Shown here: positions 1 through 12,006 of the stretch, piece after piece
Layout: each line of letters opens with the position of its first letter
Position numbering within the stretch: the first letter of the stretch is position 1
Assembly (NCBI GenBank): GCA_030704615.1
Contig: CM060731.1
Coordinates: 49,724,001 to 49,788,000, forward strand
Reading direction: 5' to 3'
DNA length: 64,000 nt
DNA from: Takakia lepidozioides
Lineage: Eukaryota; Plantae; Bryophyta
Notes under the pieces: model-generated
Seen by the model: the letters and a program-made list of their open reading frames with translations, nothing else
What the model was told of the DNA's origin: nothing
Databases searched by the model: none
Made by a program: the position numbers and the translations under genes

Positions 1-1493
1 GCCAGCGGGACAGATCTTTGACGGCAGGCTGGTTTTCTCAAAACTATCTAACTGGCGGTTATGAGCCTTTGCCGGTTCTCTTTTTTTTGAGAACCGCGGT
101 CATAAATCCACATAATCTTCTTGATGACCTCAGGGGGTTTGTAGCTGAATCAAAGAACCTCCCAACACTGGTCAAGACCACGTTCCATAACACAATAAGA
201 CTTATTTTGTAGACATGCCATCCATGATCCTGTTGACAGTCTCCAGCAGCTTTCCAAAAACTTAGCTCAGCAGAAATGATCTCTGCAGTGACAGCCCGGA
301 TTTCTTTTTAGTACAGAACTGCCCTTTCGACATTTGTTTGAGTGACTATATTTTCTGGACAAATCCTGGAGGCACGAGTTACACAATCACGGAAGATGCA
401 ACTGACCGTTTAGGACAGAAAGTCAAGTTGCACAGCTTGGTTGCATTGTGACCAGCTGAAAGAAGATGAGCCCAGTGCCAATGCCAAGAGCTTTCACATT
501 AATTCCTTGGAATAGGCCCGACAAGCTTAGCCTTCACAAGCACTGCAAGGTGTTTTCCCCGTCTACCTCAGCGACATATTGATTGAACCAGTTTCCTTAC
601 AGTGGCTTGAAGCTGATGCTGTCCCAGACCAGTTTAGCAAGACTTGCTTCCAGACTAAGCAAGGCTGGAAATATTATCAGCTACTAGGTAGAGGGTGAGA
701 GGCCAAGGTTTTAGGCCTTTGAATAGCAAGCAAGGAGCATTGGGGGATCTGAGTACTTGGGAAGACTTGATGTGAGTCTCTCAAGGGAGAGAGCCACCGG
801 CATGATCTTGAGAAGCAAGACTGAGAGCATAGCATGCTAGGTAAACTAAAATACTACTTGGCAAGACACAAACAGAGGATTCAAGGCTGGGTGGTTAACT
901 AGCTCATACATCGTTTAAGGATCTGGTCTTACCGTGACATACTGCCTTTCCACTGAGGTCAGGCAGGCTTCCCTTCTTGGATGCTTGGGTCCGGAGTCGC
1001 GACTTTACGTCGATGATGGCTGTCCTTTACCATGTCTACAAACAATTTTGAGGAAAACCAATTTTTCGTTGTGCGATAGGTTCATTGGCTTGGTCAGTTG
1101 AACTAGAAAATACTATTCTATGTTGCAGGAGAACCAAGTGCATTGTCGGATGAGATAGATTTGATGTCCTCACAACTGCTGTGTCTTCGCATTTTTCCCG
1201 TATTTTTGGACTTGCTTTTGAAGACTTCGACAATCCAAATGTTGTTGCACATCTACCTACAAGACTCATAAACAACCTTGTTATGGAGGTCACATCTACT
1301 TTAGTTGCCATATGGCAGACTGCTCCACTATCATCTCCTTACCTTCTTCAAGTGCTCATGTTATCCCTGAGCTACTTACTGCCTCCCTATATTCTCTGGT
1401 GTGTTTGCCAAAGATCATCCTGTGGTGGCTTAAAATGTAGGGTGGAACGCAGTTTGAGAGTGTGAGGACCCATAAAGTCGCTCTTCCTCTCCA

Positions 1494-1640
1494 TGTCACA
1501 GAAGTCTAAGAAAGTAGACAAGAATAATAAGGTAGTTGTATCTTAGAGAGAACACTTCGGCCTACGGCCGGCGTAACTAAGAGCCACTTCACCTTTTGGC
1601 TAGAGCCCATTTCGAGGGTGGGCCCTATCTAAATAAAGAA
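1494..1640 (-). repeat. Fragment of an element 3' terminus (LTR U5-like) homologous to 9545-9681
   Basis: Minus strand reads GGCCCACC...TAGCC...GGCTCTTAGTTACGCCGGCCGTAGGCCGAAG...GACA|TGG. This matches GGCCCACC...TAGCCG...GGTTCTTAATTACGCCGGCTTCGGCCGGAG...GACA|TGG at 9561-9684. Confidence 0.55.
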
Positions 1641-1662
1641 GGATGTCTTTATGGACATGAAG

Positions 1663-4600
1663 TAGCCGGGGAGAGGGGCCCAGCGTCCCGGAAATATTTT
1701 GAGTTGAACCAGCCAGTGACCGCTCATTTTCAGCACCAACCGGCTAAGTGGGTTGGGGGGTCGGCTGCTGCCCCTTGGTGGTAACTTCAGGCGGTCAATT
1801 TCCTACATATTGTTTTACAACCGGTAATATATATATATATTTTGTGTGTTCGGCTATAAATCCGGCCATTGTACATATCAACCGGTTCATTTCCTGCAAA
1901 TGAAAAATAAATTCGGCTGCATACAAATTCAACAAATGAACAACAATAAATAATCACAACCAATTTTAAGCAATTCAAACAAGTGCAGAAAAGTATCCTT
2001 GGCAGGAGTTGAACCTGTCAATGCCCTCCACCAGTTGGAGGCCAAGGATCGAACCCTTCTAAAATGCAAGGACCTCAACCAAAAATTGAAGGGCCTTGAA
2101 TTTTAGAAGCGTTACCTATCTAAACAAACAAACAAACATAAATTCAAAACTGCAAATCATCATTGGTACCTTCTGCATATGATGGCCCACCTTCTGGTTG
2201 TCCAGCTAAATATAGCTCAGGATGAGAGAACAAATGTCTGAAGTTTGTGGATTTCTTCCACAAAGATATGGCCTCAATCAAAACAGGTTGACATACCTGC
2301 ATACTTGGCCTTTCCAAAGTAACACGAAGCACACTTTCCAAGTTCTTTGTTTTCAACTTGTTTCGAAATTTAGTTTTGATTGAGTTTTGAACTGAGAATG
2401 CCCTCTCACATGCGGCAGTGCTTACACATTGAACTTGAGCAATTTCAGAAAGCACAAGCAAGTTTTCATACTTCATCGTTAGAGAAGGGTTCCAAGTCAC
2501 CATGCCCCAAAGATCCTTGAAAGTTTTCTCCATCCACTCGGTACTTGCCTGTAGTTTAAAAGCAAAGAACTCTCGTTTCACCGCTGATATGTCAATAAGG
2601 GTCATTTGTACACCATGAAATTTGGATCCCCTAATCTCAGAGGCTAGCCGCCTCAAATACCCACCAGGAGGACCAAACTCCGGGATGATGTGATAACCCG
2701 TTTCCTCATTGAAGGTGGATTGGTTCAAATCCGTGCTATCCTCAATGAAAAAAAATCATATTTGTGCAATCTATGTCTTAACTATGGACCCAATGCTGGT
2801 TACATCCACAAACTTCCATTGGAACACACGTGAGAGTAGAGATAGACCGTGCAACATATCAGCCAAAAAATACAGGACATAAATCATTTTGAATGACCTT
2901 AGCTTGTTATACAAAAGAGGGGCTGATCCATCATCCTTGGCAGCCGACACATCTCTAAAATACGTGAGAACACTCTCAAGACTATCACAAAGCGATGTCA
3001 CGGCCTGCCACCTAGATAACCAACGAATCTTGTGAAACCTTTTGAGGCACTTCTGAGCATCATTAAGCTCGGTCTGCAAAGCTTGCAAGGCTGCCTTACG
3101 CTTAGATGATTTGCGAAAATGACTAGCAAGAGAGTTCAAAAGTGTGTCAACCTCATTTGAAATAAGATGACATGGTGATGTCTTGGCAGCTTTTAATGCT
3201 GCCAAGTTGGTCCTATGTGCTACGCAATGGACGGCCAACATAAAGGGTTTTATCTTTTGCTTAAGACGAGTAGCCACGCCGGGTCAAGCCCCCACCATGG
3301 TTGCTACCCCATCCGAACCAAACCCCAAAAACTTATGTAGATCCAAACCCCACTCTTTCAAACTAGTTAGTATACACTCATGTATCATTGCGGCATCCTT
3401 CTTGCCATCAATAATCTGAAGTAACCCCAAAAACAGAGTGACTGGCAAACCCTCTTCAACAAAAGAAGCAAAAACAACAAGATGACCGGTCACTGAAATG
3501 TCAGTTGACTCATCTATCATGATTCCATAGTACTTGGAATCCTTCACTCTATCCAACATTTTTTTCTGAACAACACATGAGATACAAAACAATATATCAG
3601 CACATGACTTCTCATCATGGTACAGTTTCTGGGTAATACAAGCTTTGAGAGTAACCAAAAGTTGACACAAACCTGGAAATTTGCTAAATGGCAAGGCCTC
3701 CAAACCAATGTAGTAAGCAGCTTGGAAAAGAGCCAAAACAGCATCATCACAAGCTCGGTTAGCACTAGCTATGGCTTTCTCCATGGCTTTCTTACCAGAT
3801 TGTAGGGCCCAAGACAACTTACGATGCTCTTCTGACCTAGCATGGTCTTGGAATGAACTCACCTTGACATTGACAGAACCAGCATTTGCAAAGACTGTCC
3901 TCCCTCCTTTCCCTCTACAAACTTTACAAAAAACCCTACCTAGATCATGGTTAAACTCAATCCAATCAAATTGAGTGTACCAAGCATCTTTCCATGCTTT
4001 CTGGGCTGCCTCTACACTATTCGATGGCTTGTCCATACCACTTGAAGATGAGGCAGAGGGGACAGCGGAAGGAGACTCCTCATCACAATCACCAGTGCGA
4101 CCAGCCCTAAATAACATATTTCTTAGATTCCTTTGGCGCTTGGCCATAGCCAAAACCTTACAAAATACAAATATATAGCACGGAAATTGCAACAAGGAAG
4201 GGCCAGCGATCACCAAAGGGGCTGAGCACATAAATTGCAATAAAGAAAGGCCAAATTTCACCAAAGGAGCTGATGAGCAAAGGACGTTCCAAGCTTGGCA
4301 CAAGGATATAGGGCGGCCAAAATGAAGGAACTCCCCCTAAGCAGAAGTGCAGGGCCCGCGCGATGAGTGTGGCTGCGGCTGGGGCGTTGGCCTTGAACTG
4401 TGGTAGCACGTAGCGAGTGCAAGCAGGCGTGGGATGGCAGGAGCGTCGACAGCACATCAACATACAGCCAGTGGTAAGTGCGGGCCCCGGCAGGTGAGCT
4501 GTGGACTTAGCAAAGAACGAGTGCAAGGCTGAAAGCATGCGTGGGCCTGCGGGAAGGTGGAGCTGCGAGCAACTTCCTAAGTCTCTTCTAGGGTTTGCCC

Positions 4601-4929
4601 CCAACCACCCTAACCCCGTCCGTTGGATGTAACCAGGCCTGGGCCCTGGCATGCTGGATTTCCGCCACGTGGCAGCATTCAACGGCCATTTTCCGTTTTC
4701 TTAGAAGATAAGAACAGCTGGAATCCGTCCAGGCATGCCAACTAAGGCATATTTCCGGCATTTACTGATACGGAAAGGCAAAAATCCGTCCTAAAAGCAA
4801 GGCACTCGGATGATTTCCTCTTGGGCCATTTTTTCCGTCGGTTCATTTTCCGGAGGTTTCATGTCATACCTGGAAATTCCAGGATGGCACTCGGCTGGCA
4901 TGTAACTGGCTGCCGGTTCTCCCCGTTCG
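1663..4929 (-). mobile_element. hAT-superfamily DNA transposon (boundaries approximate)
   Basis: Encloses a hAT transposase. Imperfect inverted ends TAGCCGGGGAGA (1663) and TCTCCCCGTTCG (4918-4929), with CCGG-rich subterminal sequence on both sides. No clean 8-bp TSD found. Confidence 0.45.
2144..4147 (-). pseudogene. ZNF862-like hAT transposase, disrupted (frameshift near 3284, stop and frameshift near 2730-2775)
   Basis: TTF-type Zn finger (W..FDWI..VFCKVC..H...EEH), IMIDESTD, GFGSDG, VHCVAHRTNL, RWLSR and the hAT dimerisation motif STAACERAFS...RNKL, spread over three ORF pieces. Confidence 0.88.
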
Positions 4930-6454
4930 TTGGAGGGGCCATGGGGGCGTATTAGAAGCTCCAGATTCTAATTGGCGTTTGTTGGTGATGATGGCTTTGA
5001 GGGAACGGAGGGTTGTGAGGTGGATTTCTTTGAAGCATTTATGATTTTGAAGTTATCACGTATATCATTGATGATGGCGTTGTGAATGTCGCCCCTTGTG
5101 CCGGCGGTGACGACGGTTAGTGGGCCAGTTGCCCGACCTCGTCGTCGGATTGTCAGGATGAGGGGGGAATATTTTCGAGAATGGAGTCGTTAGGCTATCT
5201 ATCATGGCAGAATGGAAATTCAATGAAGTGAACCGTATCTTAAAGTGTCTTTAAGCACTATACGCAGCTCAAAGGGTGCAATGTCACAAAAATTACATGT
5301 GCAGATCAGCAAATGAAGCAACAAATTCTTGGTGCAAAGCACATAATTTTTCGTTCACAGATATAATATACATGAATTATCTAAGTTAAGGTACACATTA
5401 TCCCACTTATGCTCAATAGGTCCCCCTTAATGCCATATATTCCTCATTGATATAAGCATAAAGGTGCCATGTATGCACAAGGTGTGCACATACATTGATC
5501 CCCAAAAACATCCAAAACTAAGCCATGTCCGTGATCAGAGCCATTTGCCTCTAACTGTGTGTCCAACTACCTATAATATTGAGCACCACTATACCTAATA
5601 CTAAGACCCAGAACCCATGGAAGGATCTAGAACTTTCCCTGCATTGATGACGATATGTACAAAAATTCACCATACAAATAGCATATATGAACCCTAAGTT
5701 TGCCATGAATTGACCGACAACACATCATACATGGTCATCTCAGAACCCTAAACTAGCTGACCCATGTACACACCAGCCTTACACCAGCAAGACTCCACGC
5801 CTCCATCCTTTCTAGTTCTCCCGCCATCCATGTGCACTTCCCAGACCAGCTCTGCTCGTCGGTTACTTACTTCATTATAGCAAATGGGGGGGCTTGGCGA
5901 CGCCAGCCACACCCCCACGCCCCGCGCGTCGCTGAGCCCGCGACGCCGAGCCTGCGGCATTTTTTTTGTGACGCCGTCTCCCGCTGCGACACCATTGCGA
6001 CGTCCAGCCATCGCAAGGTGGCATGAAGGGGAAAGAAGGCCCTCGCTGCGACGGATTCTTTGCGGCGTCGCAAATTTTATTTTATTTTATTTTCTTGGGA
6101 CGTTGCGACGCCTTGGCATCGCAAAAGCGTCACTGAGGGCGCCCCAGTGCCTCTGCAACGCCAGGACGTCGCAACAGCATCACCACAATGAGAGTTTATT
6201 TATTTTATTTTATTTGGCTTTGCGGCCCTCAACTTCATAAAAGCGTCACTGGGGGTATTTGCAGGATTGGGTGTCTCAGTTTTTGCGTAACATGGCAGTT
6301 TTTGCAGTGATCTCCCTCCATGGTTTTACCCATAGTTGTCCAACAACTCAATATTTCATCTAAATTTATATGGTGTAGGGATTCTAACTACAATAGGTAT
6401 GTGTACCAATTATTAGATTGTAACAACAATCATGTACCAGAGAGCCGATCCTAT

Positions 6455-6880
6455 GCTCCTTGGTTTTGGTTACGACCTCCACCACGACCTTTACCTCATC
6501 TACCTCTCTGGACTACATTGCCTCGTCCTTGGCCACCATTATCCCTTGGAACTAGTCTGGTCGTAGCTTTGGATGCAAGTCATAACAATGGGCCTCCTCA
6601 CGCCCATACTTGTCACAATGCCCACACTGTAATTGTATAGGTTGTGCCTGTGTTGGCCTTTTGCCTCTCTCCAGACAATCCTTCTTAACATGAGGTCCTC
6701 CACAATCCCAACAAGTCACACCCAATTGTTGTTGGCCTGAGAATGAAAAAAGAGACCTCTGCATTTAAGATCATCTCTGTCATTCCCTGGGTTGCGCCTG
6801 TGGCCATGGCAACAAGACATTGCTCTAGCTGGGTAAGTCTATCCACCATGCCTTGGTCATGATCCATACCCGGCTGAAAG
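6455..6880 (-). pseudogene. Isolated gag fragment from a relative of the DNMT-Ty3 family
   Basis: CWDCGGPHVKKDC and CGHCDKYGREEAHC knuckles plus GMVDRLTQLEQCLVAMAT, homologous to the gag at 16436-16933. Confidence 0.8.
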
Positions 6881-7546
6881 AAATGTGGTGTCGTGGAGGG
6901 CGATGATTGTAGGATATGCACAGCAAGGGACGGGATGGAGGTTTTTTTTTAAGTTGATTACTGTGGAGTGCAAATGTTACACATAAAATCTTATGGACTG
7001 AAAAAACATCATGTACACTCAAACAATGCCACAAAAGAAAACACACTAGGGGTGTCGTTTTTAAATCCAACCCAAATCCACTTTTATATGGACTAGTTAT
7101 CTTCGGAATTGAGAGCTATGGACTATTTTGTACCTAAAAACAGGTTGATTTGCTCTAATCCATAGCATCTTATGTTTTGGGTTTTTGAGGTGTCGTTTTT
7201 TACTAAAAAGACATACAAACCTATAATCTAGAGATTCTAGGTGGTATATGGACAAGTTGTTGTAAACTCTAGATTTTGACATCTAAATGTTTTTTTTAAT
7301 TAAATATTAAAATATCTAATAAAGAATGTTTTTAATATTTGAGAAATGACGCTTTACTAAAAATGTTATATATACTACTATCTATTTTTTTTTGAATAAA
7401 TTGAAAGCAATAGACTAAAAAAATAAAAAATCATGGACTTCCAATGGACTCAACATGTGCAGCTTTTGATCCACCCAATCCTGCAACTGCCCTGGGGGGC
7501 GCCCGCGCTGGGACGGCCAACGCTGCGACGCCAGGGGGTCGCAACG

Positions 7547-9681
7547 GCTTGACTTGACTTGTATTTGAGTGATGAGTTTATATATGCATGAGTTCATGTT
7601 TTAGCTTTGTGAGCTCGCATGAGCTTGTGCTTGTTTTCTTCTTCTTTATCACTCGAGAAAGATCAGCTCGTATCTGTGAGTGCTAGATACGAGTTAGTTG
7701 TTAGCACTTGTGTGTTTTCAGATGAGAAACAACTCAGCTTAGAGTACAGGGATCAGTGCATGAGCCTATCCAAAGCGGATAGGGTATGAAGGCGAACAGG
7801 TTTCAGGTTTGCAATGGATATAGAGGCGGGCAACCTATGTTGAAGAGCAGTGTTGCATAACTCAACGCTATGGCAGCCAAGTGTGGTGAATGTGGAGCTG
7901 CGAGGGTGTTAGATGCAAGTCACAGTTATCGGGAGCTCCAACTTCAAGCTCATAAGGAGGGTTGGAACATGAGCTAAGTGGTGCGGCAAGGCCATAAAAT
8001 GTGCACCTAGGATTTCAGAGCTTGGAAGAAGAGCTCTTGCACCACAAGAGAAGTGTCTTGTGGCTGGAAATGTAAGCCTTAGGGTTTCAAGAGCTTGGCA
8101 AAGGCTGTGGAGTGTTTAGTCTTGTCTTAGAGAGCATCAATGAGCCAAGGAGCCAAGATAGGGGGCTGATACTTCTTGTGTGAAGGGGTTGCATGTGTGG
8201 AGCATGCATGCAGCCCATTGAAGCTTCCATCTTCAAGCTTGGAGGGCAAGCAAGGAAGAGGGAAGGGCTGATTTCTCTTATGTGAGGTCAATGCATGTGT
8301 GGAGCATGCTTTCAGCTTGTTGAAGGCTTGTACTTTCATGTTGGGGGTGCAAGAATGGAAATGAAGGGGCTGGTTTCCCTGTAGGGCATGTGTGGAGCAT
8401 GCCTTCAGTCCATTGGGCTCTTGCTTACGCTTGTTAGAGAGCTAGAATGGAAGGACTAGGGCTGGTTTCCACTTGGGGTGAAAGAAAAGCACTTATAAGG
8501 CATATGTGAGTTGGGGTTTCAACTTCAAGGGAGCACAACTCTTGAAGCAGCAGGTGCAGGGGCTGGATTAGGTACAAAGGGGCGTGCTGTGGTCAAGAAA
8601 AGCGCGTGAATGAGTGCCTACAAGGGCCAGAAGTCAGCCATGTGTGGTTAGTCGCCATAAGGATCAATGGCGCTGTTTTGTGAGTTAAAATGAAGCTTGT
8701 GCACTTAGTTTTGGTTGCAAACATCTTCCTTTGGAATTAGAGCTACAATTGGTGGTATGTAGGAGCCATAAAGAGCAAGAATACCTTGCTGATTTCCTCA
8801 CAACAGCCATAGCTCGGTGCAAAGAAGCATAGAGTCCAAGAGACACAAATCCTAGCTTGGCATGGCTAAACCCTTTGGAGAAATGGCTAAACTGCCATTA
8901 ACGGCCATGGATGGGACTGTGACGGGCTGTGACTTATGGCATGTGGGGTTGTGATGGGCTGTGCCATGTGACCTTTGGGGCTGTGATAGGCTGTGACCTG
9001 TGGCCTGTGGGGTTGTGACTGGCAGTGACAGGCTGTGCCCTGTGGCCTTTGGGGCTGTGACAGGCTGTGATTTGTGGCATGTGGGGCTGTGATGGCTTGT
9101 GTGGGGCTGTGACGAGCTGTGACAGGCTATGGCCTGTGGGGCTGTGGTGGGTTGTCGGGCTGTGGCCTGTGTGGGGCTGTGACGGCTGTGATCAGTGATC
9201 TGTGTGGGCCTGTGCTGGTTTGTGGTGGCCCGTGTTGACCTGTGGACCGGCCTGTGCTGACTCGTGGAGGCACTGGTGGACTCCCTGAGGCACTGGTGGA
9301 CTCCCTGAGGACTGACATGTGGTCTTTGAAGGCCGAATTTCGAAGCTCATGGAGGGCGGTTTGAGGAGTATCTTTATTATATTCCCATGGTCAGGCAAGT
9401 GAGAGAAGAGAGGAGATGAAGAGTGTTGGGATGAGGGCATGCTGGGGTTAGGCATTCCATGGGGCCCATGGGCCCACAAGTGCCAAGCGGCACCCTTCAC
9501 CACTACTACCATTCTCCCAATCTGCCCCAGGGTATCCCCTTGGCCTCGATTTTTACATAAGGCCCACCTTTGTTAAGGGGCAATAGCCGCAAAACAAGGT
9601 GGTTCTTAATTACGCCGGCTTCGGCCGGAGTCTTCTTCTTCTTCTCTCTTCTCTTCTACACGAGTATCTTACCATCAGACA
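7547..9681 (+). mobile_element. 5'-truncated non-coding terminal/LTR-like sequence of the DNMT-Ty3 group
   Basis: 7547-9455 aligns with the reverse complement of 18450-20950, including the GGCTGTGA low-complexity tract. It then continues in different sequence ending in a GC hairpin and GACA. Confidence 0.75.
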
Positions 9682-11558
9682 TGGTGATGTTGCATTAAAA
9701 TTATAGTTAATCATTGAAGTATGATGTCTTCAAAGCCATATATATATATATATATATATACATATGTTAATGAATGTGTGGTAATCCGCTTAATTATATG
9801 AACATTTGATGGATGTTATTATATTTTCAACCATATATTTTCACCAGACTATCAGTATTTTTGACATATAATACCACAAAATGGACAAGTATTGTTTTTA
9901 TTTATTTATTTTTAAAACAAAAAAAAGCTAGTTGAGTATCTTTGACTTGTTTGATGTATTGAAGCATTGAATTTCTGAAACGTATACATTCGGCAGTCTA
10001 CATAAATATGAAGGGAGGCGGGGTTGGGAATGTGAAGTGGGAGGGATTGAAAACATGACTAGTCATGGGGACCTGGGGTCTTAAATACAAGATTATGAAT
10101 TGGAAGTAGAAAAGCGCTTTGGCCAATATTAATTTCTAGCGTTTGGGAGCATTCGCAATCCACAAGTAGAAAATGGTTGTGGCGTTTGATAATAGTTTCT
10201 TACAAATTTGGAAAGAGTTGTAGAAGTGCCACAGTCATTTTTAAGTCCAATGTAAGCCCATGAACGGATCATGATATTAAATCAGATTACTATATAAAAG
10301 GATTTTGTGTCGATACTCTTACAAAAATATCATGTTTAAATTGGGATGTACGTTTGATAGAGGTGAGGGATAACGAACTCTTATAAGTTGATACTCTTAC
10401 AATGGTATCATATTCCATATATATTTATCTTAGATCTTAGCATATTTTCATCGGCCGGTATTCTAGAAAATTCAGCATGTTGAAGTCGTAGTGCGGACCA
10501 AGTACAAATTGAATTCACAGAGTTTACCAATGGATATATGATTCATAGTTGTAAGCAACATTTTGGCAATATAATGTTTCGACACAATGGGATATGAGAA
10601 TGGGGATTATTTATTCCTTGTTTTTTTCTTCTCTTTTTTCATGTACTTTGCTCAAGCTGAAATAAACACACATTTAGGCTTCAATTAATATGTTTTCAAG
10701 AGGCATTAGAACAATTTTGTTATATTATTTATTGGCTTTTGTTTACTCAAAGAGAAAACTAGAAATCAATGTCAAAAATTAAGGATCGCTAAAACCTATT
10801 ATGCCTTTCATTCAAGTGTCACCTCCTCTCCTCTTGCAAATTTATTTCTTATTATCTTTTCAACTGTTCCCATACATTGAATGTTGGTTCTCATTATAAT
10901 CTTTTGTTACTGCCTAGTTTATGTGTAAATATGAATCTTGCAACAAATATTATTGTAACAAAACTACTATGGCTAGTGCATCAATTGATGGGGGATTATG
11001 CAATCAACTTTATTGCTTCAGAACAACATTGGTGTACATGATGTGTAACTTACATGTTTGTCTTCATTTTTTCTCTTCTCTATCTTCCACCGTTTTTAAT
11101 TCTATAGAGTATAGATCCTAGTCTACTTCTTCCTCTTATATACAACTGCTCATCATTATACATGTCTCATCTTAGTGGCTCATAGGATCTCTTGCATCAT
11201 TGCGACCTTCCATATCTCAAGAGAAGTAATGGACGAATGATATTCTTGCAGTGATAGATCAAACATGGTATTCTGTTGACACGCAGTTTTTATTTATGGT
11301 CCCTATACCACCCAAACTAACAAGATGTTGTATTAATTTGTGTTACTATATTTTCAATCCGTATTCACCAAGTCAATAATTTTTGACTGATTCTCAATAT
11401 TCATTGATGGAGAACTGAAAGTACAAGTAATAATCAGAACATAAAAACCAAGAAACCAGCGATGAACCTATGTATCAACGATGAACTTAAAGTAGTAGGA
11501 AGCATGGTCATATTGCATTAATATGGAATTATGATATCTAAGATCTAAAAGAGAGATT

Positions 11559-11746
11559 TGTCGTGCGCATACATATCGCTACACAACTACATCGCTGTCC
11601 AAAACCACACAACACATGTGCACACCACACACTAGTATACCACTAGTCCACCACTAGTCCAGCCACTAGTCCAACCACTAGGCTACAACTAGTCAGTCAC
11701 TAGGCTGCCACTATGCTGCCCACTATGGCAGTCACTAGTCCACACA
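11559..11746 (-). repeat. 188-bp 3' terminal block (short-LTR-like, TG...CA) of E1
   Basis: Minus strand TGTGTGGACTAG...GCGCACGACA, rich in ACTAGT. A near-identical inverted copy lies at 39135-39310. Confidence 0.85.
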
Positions 11747-11759
11747 ATCGCCCCCCTAG
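11747..11759 (-). other. Polypurine-tract-like sequence
   Basis: Minus strand CTAGGGGGGCGAT immediately before the TG that starts the 3' block. Confidence 0.6.
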
Positions 11760-12006
11760 CTGGTGCTTAGGTCCCTCTAAGTCCAGGTAGCCACAAGATG
11801 TGATAGTGACCATAGCCTCACTAAGTCCTCCACCACTATCCCTACTACACTCAAACTCGATAGATCAAGAGGCCGGGTGCAAGAATTGCCCCATCGTTAG
11901 TCGCCGTCTTGCAACCTGTGAACTTGAGCTTGGGATCTCATGTATTGACTCCTATGAGCTTGGCCTCCCATGTCTTGTTAGCTGCCTCCAGTCATGTCCA
12001 CTGCCA

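Noticed and set aside
1-1490. Short ORFs here and at 9700-11550, 42480-43050, 46870-47780 and 56830-58950
   Set aside because: No recognisable domains or coherent exon structure, so left unannotated.
2000-2060. Two B-box-like motifs on the minus strand (GGTTCAACTCC, GGTTCGATCC) suggesting a tRNA or SINE
   Set aside because: No cloverleaf or properly spaced A box could be built.
5880-7546. Possible DNA element bounded by GCGACGCC-rich patches
   Set aside because: No convincing TIR pair or TSD was found.
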